Below are positions 50,405 through 60,315 of a stretch of DNA of 64,000 bases, piece after piece; position 1 is the first letter of the stretch, and every line of letters starts with the position of its first letter. This stretch comes from an uncultured cyanobacterium (GTDB lineage: Bacteria; Cyanobacteriota; Cyanobacteriia; PCC-9006; JAAUQQ01), in assembly GCA_963718615.1 (NCBI GenBank), contig OY970368.1, forward strand, positions 6,031,824 to 6,095,823, given 5' to 3'. The notes below the pieces were generated by a model, which was not told the DNA's origin, searched no databases, and worked only from the letters and a program-made list of their open reading frames with translations. The translations under genes were made by a program, and so were the position numbers.

Positions 50405-50887
50405 TCAACCGTCTTCAAACAAATCCAACGGAAAATGCCCATAGGTGCCGCAAACACCATCCGTATAGTCCGACTGACAGGAGACGAGGATTCCCCGATA
50501 GTCCCCGGCGTAGCGATCGCCATAATACCCCAAGCTTCGAGTATTACATTTGACATAGACCGGTCCTGCAATCGCCGGAAGCACCGACAATTCCGCCTGC
50601 AAGGCATGACCCAGGGCCGCTAAACAGTGATTTAAGGCCACCACCGCTGCTGGCATCGAATCCGCACAGATCCCAATCGTCTGAAAATCCGATAGCCCTG
50701 TGAGCAAGAGCAATGCCTCTCGCACCTGCGCCTTGGTGGCTGCGTCCAATTGAGGCGTCCCTTCAAAACAGACAAATTGCTTAAGAAAAGCATCGGCGGA
50801 TTCTGGCGTAAACGCAGAAGCAGACTGAGAAGAGGCAGCGGCAGAAGACATAGGGACAAGCCAGGGGCAAATCATCTTGCTCATCAT
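50405..50887 (-). CDS. DUF1824-family protein
   Basis: GICAD, GPVYVKCN, YRGILVSCQ and TYGHFPLDLF motifs. Confidence 0.8.
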   Translation of the reverse strand: MMSKMICPWLVPMSSAAASSQSASAFTPESADAFLKQFVCFEGTPQLDAATKAQVREALLLLTGLSDFQTIGICADSMPAAVVALNHCLAALGHALQAELSVLPAIAGPVYVKCNTRSLGYYGDRYAGDYRGILVSCQSDYTDGVCGTYGHFPLDLFEDG

Positions 50888-50944
50888 AGCCCGTTGTCAG
50901 GGTCTCTCGAACGCCCTTGCGCCAGGAAGTAACTGCAAAACTGC

Positions 50945-52681
50945 CTAAGAAAAAGCCTGCTGTTGGCTCAGGGGACGGCCTTCTCGCAGCAGCGCGTCAA
51001 TTTGCTCCGCTGGGGATGGGATGCTGTGCAAATGGCCCTGCATCGCATGACAGCCATACTTGCGCAAAATACCCAACTGTTGTTCCGTTTCGACGCCTTC
51101 GGCAATCACCTTGAGCTTGAGGGTTTGGGCGATCGCAATAATGCTCGACACCACCGCCGCATAATGCTCATCCGTTACATGCTGCACAAAGAAACTATCA
51201 ATCTTGAGCGCATCCAAAGGAAACTTGCCCAAATCCTTCAGCGACGAATAGCCCATGCCAAAGTCATCCACCGCCACTTTTACGCCAATATCCTTAAGAC
51301 CCGTCAGCGTGCTGCGAATCGCTGATTGATCTCCCACCAAACTGCTTTCGGTCAGCTCCAATGTCAGCAAATGGGGTTCCAGCCCTGTCTCCGCCAATAC
51401 CCGACTGACCATTTGCAACAAATTGGGACGGTGAAACTGTAGTGTCGAGAGATTGACCGACACCGAAATGGGCACAATACTCATCTCTTGACAACGGATG
51501 CCCTGGAGACAGGTTTCTCGCAACGTCCATTCGCTAATTGCTTCAATCAGGGTTTGATCCTTCACCAAGGGCAGAAAGCGATGGGGCAAGACAATGCCCC
51601 GTTTGGGATGTTTCCAGCGCAAAAAGGACTCTAGCCCAATGACACGATTGGTAATCAGATTGACCTGCGGTTGGTAGAGCAAGTAAAACTCATCGCGTTC
51701 GATCGCCTGCATCAGTTCCTGGGCCAACTGTTTAAGATCTCGATTTTCGGCATCAATGGCAGGGGTATAAAGCTGATAGTCATCGACCCCATGCTCTCGT
51801 CCCCAGCGCATGGCCGTTTCGGCATAGGCCACCAGTTGCTCCGCTCGATTGCTGTGGTGAGGATAGAGCGAAACCCCAAGACTGGCGTGAATCCCGATCT
51901 CTTGGCCATTGGGTAAGCAGGGGGCCTGTAGTCGCAGGGTTAGCTTCTGGATCCAGGTATCGAGTTTTTCGCTGTTATCCAGTTGATCCAATGCCAAAAT
52001 AAACTGGTCTGCACTCAGCCGCGCCACCAGCCCCTCAATCCCGGCAAAGGTCCTTAAACGAGACGCGATTTCTTGCAGTAACAAGTCACCCGTTGCATAG
52101 CCAAATGTAGAATTCACCTCGCGAAAGCGATCGAGATTCAGACAAACCACCGCAATAAAGCCATCCCCCGGCTGACAAGTCGCAATTCGACGTTGCAAAT
52201 GGTGGTGCAATCCAATCCGGTTGAGCAAATTGGTCAGAAGATCAATGTAAGCCGCTCGGCTGAGATTTTCGGCGGTATTGCGGAGTTCTGTGAGATAGGG
52301 CTGGGCAAGGGCGGTTTGCTTCTTGAGGCGGGTGGCGATCGCATCCAGCAATTCTTGACGCTTAAACGGCTTGGTCAAATAGTCATCCGCCCCCAGGGTC
52401 ATGCCTCGACGCAGATCCGAGCGAGCGACTTTTCCGGTCAAAAAGATAAAAGGAATACTGGCCGTAATCGGTTCCCGTTGCAGAACCTCTAGGACTTGAA
52501 AGCCATCGGGACCCGGCATGAGAATATCGCACAAAATCATATCCGGCAGCATCTCCCGAGCCAACTGGACGCCGGTTTTGCCCTCCGCCGCTGCCAACAC
52601 CTCAAAGCCCTGCTGTTCGAGGACCTTGAGAATTTGAGTCCGGATAGTGCGATCGTCCTCAATAACCAGGATTGTCTTCAC
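50945..52681 (-). CDS. Response regulator receiver plus degenerate GGDEF plus EAL domain protein
   Basis: Receiver (IEDD, CD, TKPF); SADQF in place of GGDEF; ESF in place of EAL; DDFGMGYSS and EGVE retained. Confidence 0.88.
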   Translation of the reverse strand: MKTILVIEDDRTIRTQILKVLEQQGFEVLAAAEGKTGVQLAREMLPDMILCDILMPGPDGFQVLEVLQREPITASIPFIFLTGKVARSDLRRGMTLGADDYLTKPFKRQELLDAIATRLKKQTALAQPYLTELRNTAENLSRAAYIDLLTNLLNRIGLHHHLQRRIATCQPGDGFIAVVCLNLDRFREVNSTFGYATGDLLLQEIASRLRTFAGIEGLVARLSADQFILALDQLDNSEKLDTWIQKLTLRLQAPCLPNGQEIGIHASLGVSLYPHHSNRAEQLVAYAETAMRWGREHGVDDYQLYTPAIDAENRDLKQLAQELMQAIERDEFYLLYQPQVNLITNRVIGLESFLRWKHPKRGIVLPHRFLPLVKDQTLIEAISEWTLRETCLQGIRCQEMSIVPISVSVNLSTLQFHRPNLLQMVSRVLAETGLEPHLLTLELTESSLVGDQSAIRSTLTGLKDIGVKVAVDDFGMGYSSLKDLGKFPLDALKIDSFFVQHVTDEHYAAVVSSIIAIAQTLKLKVIAEGVETEQQLGILRKYGCHAMQGHLHSIPSPAEQIDALLREGRPLSQQQAFS

Positions 52682-52838
52682 GGCTTGACCTTCGGCAGAT
52701 GGCGATGCGGTTGTGGACGCAGGAATTTCGTAAACCTGTCCCTCGGAGCTCCGAGAAAGGTCCTTGTTTTACCTGCCTTAGGATGCCCGTATGACTGCTG
52801 GGATGCTCAGATCTAGAGCGGCTGCACCGAAGGGGACC

Positions 52839-53321
52839 CTAGGTGGGATCCGGTAAGTCAAACAGTTCTTGGTTGGTCTCTAAAATTTGCCCGAGCAACA
52901 GGCCGCTCTCTTGGCCGAGCATTTCCAGGCTGAGCTCTTTGAGGGTGGTGTAGGTGTGGTAACAGGTTTTTTGCATATTGAACGCCCGCATGATGGTTTG
53001 AAACCAGAGCATGAGGCGATCGCGCAAGGTCTCTTCATCGTCTAGGAGCATGGCCAAGGCCGAAAACCGCAGCACCCAGGTGGTGTCTCGCTGCCAGTTG
53101 CGGATGGTGTTTTTGTCCCAGGAGGCGAAAATTTCGGGATGGCGCGATCGCAACCGCATATAAGTTTTTTGCATCAGCTCCCGCTCCTGCTGTCGGAGGG
53201 CCTGATAGGCGCGCAGCCGAGCAGGAAAGGACTGGGCATAATCTTCGAGAAACTGGAGTTCGGCATCGGTGGCATAGCGCCCTTCGGTGGCCTGAAGCAG
53301 GGCACGGGTCTGGCTCAGCAT
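52839..53321 (-). CDS. Phycobiliprotein-fold (globin-like) protein
   Basis: EGRYATDAEL, RD...LR and LWFQTIMRAF pattern. Confidence 0.75.
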   Translation of the reverse strand: MLSQTRALLQATEGRYATDAELQFLEDYAQSFPARLRAYQALRQQERELMQKTYMRLRSRHPEIFASWDKNTIRNWQRDTTWVLRFSALAMLLDDEETLRDRLMLWFQTIMRAFNMQKTCYHTYTTLKELSLEMLGQESGLLLGQILETNQELFDLPDPT

Positions 53322-53402
53322 GGCAGGAATGAGGCAGGCAAGAATGGGTGCAGTATAGCTTGGGCAGAGGATATTACTAAGGTTCCCACAGACAGAGCGG
53401 GG

Positions 53403-55766
53403 CTAAAGGCCCGTTTGAATTTCTTCAAAGGGACGACTGCCGCCTTCCCAATTGAAGTCGCTAATCCGGATGGAAACAGAGCCCACTTCGAGAACTGGAT
53501 TGTATTGAAATAAGACTCCGTAGGCGCGGCGGCTCCATTCCAGAGTGTAGTTGGTGCTGAGAGCTTCGCGATCGTTGAGGCTCAGGCTGGTCTGGACACC
53601 GAACCGTAGCGGACCATAAACCTGTTGGCGCAGTCCCAGGGAAAGCACTTGGGTATCGGCGATGCGATCGAACTGGAATGGAGACTCATCCCCCCGAATC
53701 GCTTGGCTATAGACGACGTTGACAGCGGTATAGTCAAGCCACTTTTTGGAGAAATGACCAAATTCGCCATTCAATCCGAGCGTCGTGGTCAAAGACTCCT
53801 GAGTTTCACCATTGCCATAGGCACTGTATAGTCCCGTGATGCCAGCAAAGGTTGAAACATTAGGGGTAATGGGAACGGGCGTATAGCGTAACCCTTGGTC
53901 TGGGGTAGCGGGGAGTGCTTGGCCACGCCAGAGGGAAAATCCTCGATTGAGAGAGGCACCTAGCTGATAGCGATTGAGCGTGACGCGGTTGTTCTCACGA
54001 ATAGGGTCAAGGAGATCGGCTCGGTCTGTATCCGCTGTAATGCGCTGAACTCCGGCTTGGTAGTTGGCGACAATCCCGGTTTTCCCCAGGACAAAGTTGG
54101 GCGACTGGAGCACGGCACCATAGCTTTGTTGCACCGTCCGAAATCCCAGGGAGCCGTTGTAAATCCGTCCGCGATAGGTGTAGTCCAAATCCAGCAGGTG
54201 ACGACCTAAGTTTTGGCGTAGCAGGGCACGGGCGCGGGTCTTGTCGCCCAGTTCGCTGGGGTCAGCGGTGGTGAATGTCGCGTTGCCGGTAAAGGTGGTG
54301 CCAGGACGGAGATTGGCCCGCACATCGGCCCGCAAACCGTAGTTTTTGGGTGAAAACACATTGCCCCCCTCCTCGAACAGCGCCCGCTGGAGATAGAACT
54401 GGGGCGTTAGGTTAATGCGGAGTTTGTCCGTCGAAATGGGTTCAAAGCTGCGTTCGGCAAAGAGACCACCGCGATCGCGCCCATCAAACCCAAAGGTCAC
54501 CAGCCCATCATCCCGAGGCCGCCGGTCAATCACAATGCGGTTGCGGAACGTCGGAATCGCCACCTTATCTTCAAACACATAGCGCGGTTTTTCCGCCACA
54601 ATCTCATCCACCAAAGGACTTAAGGCCCGCACCCGCACGGACTCCGCCCGCAGCTTAAACTGGGGGGGCGAAAAGGGGTCATTGGTGAGATTCACCGTAT
54701 CCGCTTCCCAGCCCCCCGGCACGAGCCGCAGCTCATCCGCCTCGAAGCGCCAGCGATTGACCTCTCCTTCCTGGCGAAAGCCACTGACCTGGAGCGGCAG
54801 CGCGATCGTATCGGAGGGTTTGATCGCTGAACTATCGGGATTATCCTCGTTTTCATCCCGAAAACTGCTGAAATTGGTTTGAAACCCCGTGACGATTGTA
54901 ATTGCACCGGGATTGGTGACATTGCGGGTGGGTTCCGTTTGGGTGAGGCGATCGCTCGGCGGTGCCACAAATCCCCCCTCCGTTCCCCCCTGGTCAAAAT
55001 CTAGATCCGGGCCAGAAGAGGGAGAGTAAAGCGTGCCCGAGGCGGCAAGAACGCGACCGGTTTCCTGGGTGATGTTGTATTCGATGCGATCGCCCCGCAG
55101 TCGCTGCTGCCCACGGACTAAAGCCGCTTCTCCATCGGCGACGACAATTCGACGGGTGAGATTAATCTGGACGCGATCGCCACTCAGGAGACCCCCCTGA
55201 AACCGCATTTCCACATTGCCCTCTGCGATCACCACCTGTTTCTGCTGGTCAAAGCTTTGATAATCCGCCGTCAGGGCGACCACTCCGGCCTCGTCTAAGG
55301 CTTGCTGTAGGAGCGGTCCTTCAATCCCTGTTTCTCCAGGGACTTCGAGGGAAGGGCGATCGCCCGTCTCTTCCACCGGATTGCTCGGCGGGGTTGGAGC
55401 CTCTAAAACCGGTTCTGCTTCTACTGGCACCGCATCCAGTTGCCGTTCAACGGGCTCTAGGTCGAGGGCAACCCCTTCTGAATCTATCGCAAAAGATTCG
55501 ACGGGAACGTCTGGAATTTTTGGAACTTCGACTGAAACGTCTGGAACTTGGTCTAGAACTTCGTTGGGAACTTCAGCAAAAGATGGCCCTTCGCTGACGA
55601 CGCGGACTTCCGCCGGAACCGCCACCTCAATGGGCGGGATTGCTGGGGGCTGTGCGGGATACGCCATAGCGGTGGAAGAAGCAAGGGTCGTAGAAAGGAT
55701 GATAGTCACAGCGCTAGCAGCTTTGCTCAAGAAAAATCGGTGGACGCATAGCACCCACCGACTCAA
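53403..55766 (-). CDS. DUF3769 / LptD-like outer-membrane protein
   Basis: OstA-like N-terminal region, TNDPFSPP, DGRDRGG, YNGSLG, RISDFNW. Lies downstream of psbI. Start uncertain. Confidence 0.8.
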   Translation of the reverse strand: MSRWVLCVHRFFLSKAASAVTIILSTTLASSTAMAYPAQPPAIPPIEVAVPAEVRVVSEGPSFAEVPNEVLDQVPDVSVEVPKIPDVPVESFAIDSEGVALDLEPVERQLDAVPVEAEPVLEAPTPPSNPVEETGDRPSLEVPGETGIEGPLLQQALDEAGVVALTADYQSFDQQKQVVIAEGNVEMRFQGGLLSGDRVQINLTRRIVVADGEAALVRGQQRLRGDRIEYNITQETGRVLAASGTLYSPSSGPDLDFDQGGTEGGFVAPPSDRLTQTEPTRNVTNPGAITIVTGFQTNFSSFRDENEDNPDSSAIKPSDTIALPLQVSGFRQEGEVNRWRFEADELRLVPGGWEADTVNLTNDPFSPPQFKLRAESVRVRALSPLVDEIVAEKPRYVFEDKVAIPTFRNRIVIDRRPRDDGLVTFGFDGRDRGGLFAERSFEPISTDKLRINLTPQFYLQRALFEEGGNVFSPKNYGLRADVRANLRPGTTFTGNATFTTADPSELGDKTRARALLRQNLGRHLLDLDYTYRGRIYNGSLGFRTVQQSYGAVLQSPNFVLGKTGIVANYQAGVQRITADTDRADLLDPIRENNRVTLNRYQLGASLNRGFSLWRGQALPATPDQGLRYTPVPITPNVSTFAGITGLYSAYGNGETQESLTTTLGLNGEFGHFSKKWLDYTAVNVVYSQAIRGDESPFQFDRIADTQVLSLGLRQQVYGPLRFGVQTSLSLNDREALSTNYTLEWSRRAYGVLFQYNPVLEVGSVSIRISDFNWEGGSRPFEEIQTGL

Positions 55767-55873
55767 ATAGCGCTGGATTTGACAAGAGCGCTAGGAACCG
55801 GTTCAAATCGAGTTCAGCAGCCTGCTGGGTTTGACCCCATGGCGATCGCTGCCCAGCTCAACCGAAATATTCC

Positions 55874-55999
55874 CTAGCCGTTGTCTTCCAGATCCTTACG
55901 ATTCGGGGTCCGGGAGGGGTCACTAGACAGAAAGCCAAACATGAACAGTAGAACGAAAAAGGCAACCGTGATGTAAACCGTGATTTTTAGAGCAACCAT
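55874..55999 (-). CDS. psbI: Photosystem II reaction centre protein I (absent from supplied ORF track)
   Basis: Translated by hand: [41 protein letters not shown]. Confidence 0.95.
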   Translation of the reverse strand: MVALKITVYITVAFFVLLFMFGFLSSDPSRTPNRKDLEDNG

Positions 56000-56090
56000 A
56001 TTAAAAATTCTCCGACAGATTTTGGGCGCTCAATTGCCACCCTCTAGCACAGACAGTTCAATCATCATACCGAACTTCACGGAGCATGCA

Positions 56091-58085
56091 TCAGTTTGGG
56101 CTTTTTCGTTTATGGAAGAGGCTCTGTATCCAGTGCCAGAGGCGACTGAGGGATTGCTCTATCCAAAGCAAAATTCGGTCTAAGCGCTCTAGAATCCACT
56201 CCAGGGGGTGCTTAATATATCCTGTGACGATTGCGGTGGTCTCAATGTAGGACGCTTTCCAGGTTGGGGTTGTTCCAGCCGCTCGGGTGAGATTGGGCTG
56301 GTCTTCTGGTGGCAGTGCCTTCGACTCAGAGGTTCCCACAGCGGCTTCTGTCACAGCGACTCCTGTCACAGCGGCTCCTGTCACAGCGGTCGTTGCCTTT
56401 CCTGGGGAAACAGCAGGGGGTGAAGCTGCTGTGACAGCGAGATTAGCGGGTTTTGCCCCAGAATCTGCCGGCAAATGTCCGGCTGGCCCAGGTTGAGGAG
56501 CCAGGGATTGAGGCGCTAGGGATTGCGGGGAGGGGCGCTGGGTAAAGGGCAAACGAAAAGAAAAAAGTGTTTTGAAGAACGCAGACCGTTGGGGCGCGGG
56601 TTTTGGCGTCAGCGGAGCGGGTTTGGCCTGGGCTGCTTGATCTTGAGCAACTTGATCCTGGGCAATGAGGGCTGCGATCGCCACCTCGGTCAAAGGCCCC
56701 TGGGTTAATGACTGGGTTACTGACTGGGATAACGGCTGGGAGAGGGATGAATTGGGATTGGCGATCGCCATCGCAGACACCGTCCCATTGGCGGAATTCT
56801 CAGCCTCAAGCACAGCCGAGGACTTGACCGTGACCGCTGGTCCTAGGTTTGCCCTGGCTTCAAGTCCATTCTCAACAGTCCTCTGATTCCCAACTCCAGC
56901 TCCCGCAACTCCATTCCCTAATTGCTCCTCCCCAAATCGCACCCCAAAAAACGCCGCCGCAGAACGAATGATATTTCCCAGCCAAGTGGGATCGACCTGC
57001 TCAAAATAGGTTTCTTCCAAACCATAAAGCGGCGCATCGACCTTCTCTAGGGCAGCGAGGGCAAAGGCTTGATGTTGTTCTGATGTCCAATCTGGTGTCC
57101 AATCGGGAAGGGGCAGTTGAGCCAGTAGCTGCTCAATGCCTGACTCTAAGCCGCCTGACTCCAAGCCTCCTGACTCCAATAAGCCTGCGGGAGGGAGCTG
57201 AGCTTCTTGGAATAAATTGATGCTTTGAGCTACGGGGCTTCGCTGTATCCAACCCATGGTCTGATTGAACCAGCGGACGACGGGAAAGAGGTGGGGGCGA
57301 TCGCTACTCGGCGGCGGTAGGGGGTGTTGCGTTTGCTGCTGGCGACGCAGGTAGAGCCGACGGCGGTAGGCAAAGGCGGCGACTTCCTGGACGATCTGCT
57401 GTTGAAGCTGCCACTGTTGCTCCGCTTCTAGATGGACGATGCGGTTTTGGTTATCGACGAGGATGAGTTCGCGGTTGTCAAGTTGGTTGGCAATGCCCCG
57501 GATGTAGGTGGTGAGGCTGGGAGTTGGTTCGGAGGAGGTCGCCGATGCCAATTCTCGGGTAGGAAGTTCTTTGGCGGGAATAGGAGCGATCGCCTGCTCC
57601 CTGGGCTGCAACTCCCTGGACTGCGACTCAAACGTTTCCCATAATTGCGCCGTTGACGGCGAGGAAGACCTACTCGCTCCAGTAACTTGGGCAATGTCGG
57701 CAACTTCGGCAACTTCAGTAACTTGGGCAATTTCGGCAACTGGAGCGGGAGGCAATGGAGCGGTTAGGGCGATCGCCCCCTGGTCTGCCAATCGCTGGGC
57801 AACGTTCAAGACTTTCTGAAGTGGACTATCCGCCGCTTCCGCTGGGCCAGCGTTCGATGCAGCGGCAAAGTTGGCTTTGGGGCTGGCTCCCCCTGCTCCC
57901 ATCTGGCGACCCACCACACGAGCCGCCTGAAACGCCACATAGAGGGGATAGAGCACCATTTGGGCACCCCAAACGAGGCCCGTACGCACCTGGCGGAAGC
58001 CCTTGGCGGCTTGGGACTGGAATTTTTGCGATCGCTCTAACACAAAATTGAGCAATCGACTCTTGTAGCGACCCGAAGCAGTCAT
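56091..58085 (-). CDS. Hypothetical protein with long low-complexity regions
   Basis: 664-aa ORF; conserved-looking ends YKSRLLNF...LYPLY and GYIKHPLEWILERLD. Confidence 0.75.
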   Translation of the reverse strand: MTASGRYKSRLLNFVLERSQKFQSQAAKGFRQVRTGLVWGAQMVLYPLYVAFQAARVVGRQMGAGGASPKANFAAASNAGPAEAADSPLQKVLNVAQRLADQGAIALTAPLPPAPVAEIAQVTEVAEVADIAQVTGASRSSSPSTAQLWETFESQSRELQPREQAIAPIPAKELPTRELASATSSEPTPSLTTYIRGIANQLDNRELILVDNQNRIVHLEAEQQWQLQQQIVQEVAAFAYRRRLYLRRQQQTQHPLPPPSSDRPHLFPVVRWFNQTMGWIQRSPVAQSINLFQEAQLPPAGLLESGGLESGGLESGIEQLLAQLPLPDWTPDWTSEQHQAFALAALEKVDAPLYGLEETYFEQVDPTWLGNIIRSAAAFFGVRFGEEQLGNGVAGAGVGNQRTVENGLEARANLGPAVTVKSSAVLEAENSANGTVSAMAIANPNSSLSQPLSQSVTQSLTQGPLTEVAIAALIAQDQVAQDQAAQAKPAPLTPKPAPQRSAFFKTLFSFRLPFTQRPSPQSLAPQSLAPQPGPAGHLPADSGAKPANLAVTAASPPAVSPGKATTAVTGAAVTGVAVTEAAVGTSESKALPPEDQPNLTRAAGTTPTWKASYIETTAIVTGYIKHPLEWILERLDRILLWIEQSLSRLWHWIQSLFHKRKSPN

Positions 58086-58164
58086 GGTGTGATCCTCACC
58101 GCCGCGATGATGCCAAAATTGTAACGCTGCGCCTTCCCTCTTCTCAGCTCTCTACCAATTCTCT

Positions 58165-60279
58165 ATGGTTGCAACCGCTCTCCCGGCCCTTGCCTGTGCC
58201 GATCTGTGCCAACGTCTGCGGGCTTTTAGCCAAGTTAATCTTCAGGCACAGTGGCGGGTCTATCGGGATGATTTGCCCATCGCTCAGGCGGTGCAGCCAG
58301 ACACCTGGAAAACCTGGGAAATCCCGCCGCTCAACGATCGCCAACACATTGCCTGGGAAGCGGGAAAGCAAGTCCTCTGGCTGGGCCAAGTTTTCACGGT
58401 GCCCGCGAATCTCCAGGGCTACACCGTCCTCGATCATCAGATTCGCTTGGACCTGACCTGGTGGGCTGACCATGCGCAAATTTTTGTAAACGGGGTGTTG
58501 GTCCAGGAAGGCGATCTGTTTGATTGCGTGACGAAGTTGCGGTTGGCAGACCGGGCAGTGCCGGGGGAGGTGTGGGCGATCGCCCTCCGTCTCACCAGCC
58601 CAGGACATGATCGGGGAGCCTTGGTGTTGTCCCAAATTCGGTTTGAGGCGATTGGTTTAGGCGATCGCGATTGTCCCGAACCTGGTTTTGTGGCTGATGA
58701 ATTGATGGTATTGGGGCGCTATTTGCAATGCTTTAAGCCCGAAGCCATGGGGGAATTTGAGGCGGCGTTGGAGCCTTTGCAGGGGCTTGAATCTGGGTTT
58801 GAATCTGGGCTTGAATCTGGGGAACAGATTGTTGCGGTGTTGCGAGCGGTGCGCGATCGCCTTCTCCCCTTCTCCCCCTTCCTCAAACAGCGGCAAGTCT
58901 CCCTCCTCGGCCACGCCCACCTCGATATGGCTTGGCTCTGGCCTGTGGCAGACACTTGGGACGCAGCAGAGCGAACGTTTGTATCCGCGTTGCAATTGCA
59001 AGAGGACTATCCCGAACTGATCTTTGGTCACTCTAGCCCAGCCCTTTACGCTTGGTTGCAGGTGCATCGTCCTGAGCTCTGGCAGCGAGTTAAAACTGCA
59101 ATTAATCAAAACCAATGGGAAGTGATTGCAGGGCTTTGGATTGAGCCAGACTGCATTGTGCCCAACGGCGAGTCGTTGATCCGGCAAGTGCTTTACGGCC
59201 AGCGCTATGTTGAACAGCAACTTGGCGTCAAAAACCGCATCGCTTGGCTTCCGGATTCCTTTGGCTTCTGCAACCAACTGCCGCAAATTCTCACCCAGGG
59301 GGGCATTGACTACTTTGTCACCGAGAAACTGCTGTGGAACGACACAACGGAGTTTCCCTATCAACTTTTTGAATGGCAATCCCCCGACGGCACCCGCATC
59401 ACCAGCTACATGTCCGCCCGGATTGGCACCCAAATTGACCCCGTTCAGATGGCAGAATATGCCTGCCAGTGGGAGCAAAGTACAGGAATTGCAGACTCTC
59501 TTTGGTTGCCGGGGGTCGGGGATCATGGCGGTGGACCGACACGAGAAATGCTGGAGACGGCGGCACGGTGGGGGCGATCGCCCTTTTTCCCTCGCCTTGA
59601 ATTTGCCAAAGCCCATGATTATTTGGATCGAGTTAGAAATACATCGGGGTTACCGGTTTGGAATCAGGATTTATATTTGGAATACCATCGCGGTTGTTAT
59701 ACCACCCATGCCGATCAAAAACGCTATAATCGACGGGCTGAAGCATTGCTTTATCAGGCAGAATTATTTGCATCGCTGGCAACGATCGCAACGGGTGCTT
59801 CCTATCCCAAACAATCGCTAGAAACCCTTTGGAAGACGGTCCTGTTTAACCAGTTTCACGACATCTTGCCAGGTTCTTCGATCGCCGAGGTGTTTGTGGA
59901 TGCCAATCGGGATTGGGAGGTTGTGATGATCGAGGGGCAAGGAATTTTGGAGCGTGCGCTGGGGGCGATCGCCCAGCACATTCAACTCCCTAATCCACCC
60001 CATTCTGAGGCAATTCCCTTCATGGTTTTCAATCCATTGAATTGGGAGCGTTCAGAGATTCTTGAGATAGAGATTGGAGCAGAAATCTTTGGGAAAGAGG
60101 TCATTGGAGAAGAGTTAAAAGATTGGGAGGTTTGCGATCGCAATGGTCAACCCCTCTCCACACAACCTACAAAACGCGGCACCCGATTGATCGACCATTA
60201 CACCATTGCCGGCGTCGGCTACGAAACCTTTTGGTTACTCCCCGTAGGGACGAACTGCGTTCGTCCAATGCAGGGTTGA
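58165..60279 (+). CDS. GH38 alpha-mannosidase, N-terminal part (frameshifted)
   Basis: GHAHLDMAWLW, WLPDSFG, GDHGGGP, LYLEYHRG and NQFHDILPGS motifs. Stops inside a REPIN. Confidence 0.85.
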   Translation: MVATALPALACADLCQRLRAFSQVNLQAQWRVYRDDLPIAQAVQPDTWKTWEIPPLNDRQHIAWEAGKQVLWLGQVFTVPANLQGYTVLDHQIRLDLTWWADHAQIFVNGVLVQEGDLFDCVTKLRLADRAVPGEVWAIALRLTSPGHDRGALVLSQIRFEAIGLGDRDCPEPGFVADELMVLGRYLQCFKPEAMGEFEAALEPLQGLESGFESGLESGEQIVAVLRAVRDRLLPFSPFLKQRQVSLLGHAHLDMAWLWPVADTWDAAERTFVSALQLQEDYPELIFGHSSPALYAWLQVHRPELWQRVKTAINQNQWEVIAGLWIEPDCIVPNGESLIRQVLYGQRYVEQQLGVKNRIAWLPDSFGFCNQLPQILTQGGIDYFVTEKLLWNDTTEFPYQLFEWQSPDGTRITSYMSARIGTQIDPVQMAEYACQWEQSTGIADSLWLPGVGDHGGGPTREMLETAARWGRSPFFPRLEFAKAHDYLDRVRNTSGLPVWNQDLYLEYHRGCYTTHADQKRYNRRAEALLYQAELFASLATIATGASYPKQSLETLWKTVLFNQFHDILPGSSIAEVFVDANRDWEVVMIEGQGILERALGAIAQHIQLPNPPHSEAIPFMVFNPLNWERSEILEIEIGAEIFGKEVIGEELKDWEVCDRNGQPLSTQPTKRGTRLIDHYTIAGVGYETFWLLPVGTNCVRPMQG

Positions 60280-60315
60280 TGGATTGGAGCAGGACGAACG
60301 GCGGTTTGTCCCTAC
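60244..60315. repeat. REPIN (family 2) within the GH38 gene
   Basis: GTAGGGACGAAC-tgc-GTTCGTCC ... GGACGAACGGCGGTTTGTCCCTAC. Confidence 0.8.

Noticed and set aside
55790-55830. GGTTCAAATC tRNA T-loop-like string
   Set aside because: No cloverleaf stems around it.
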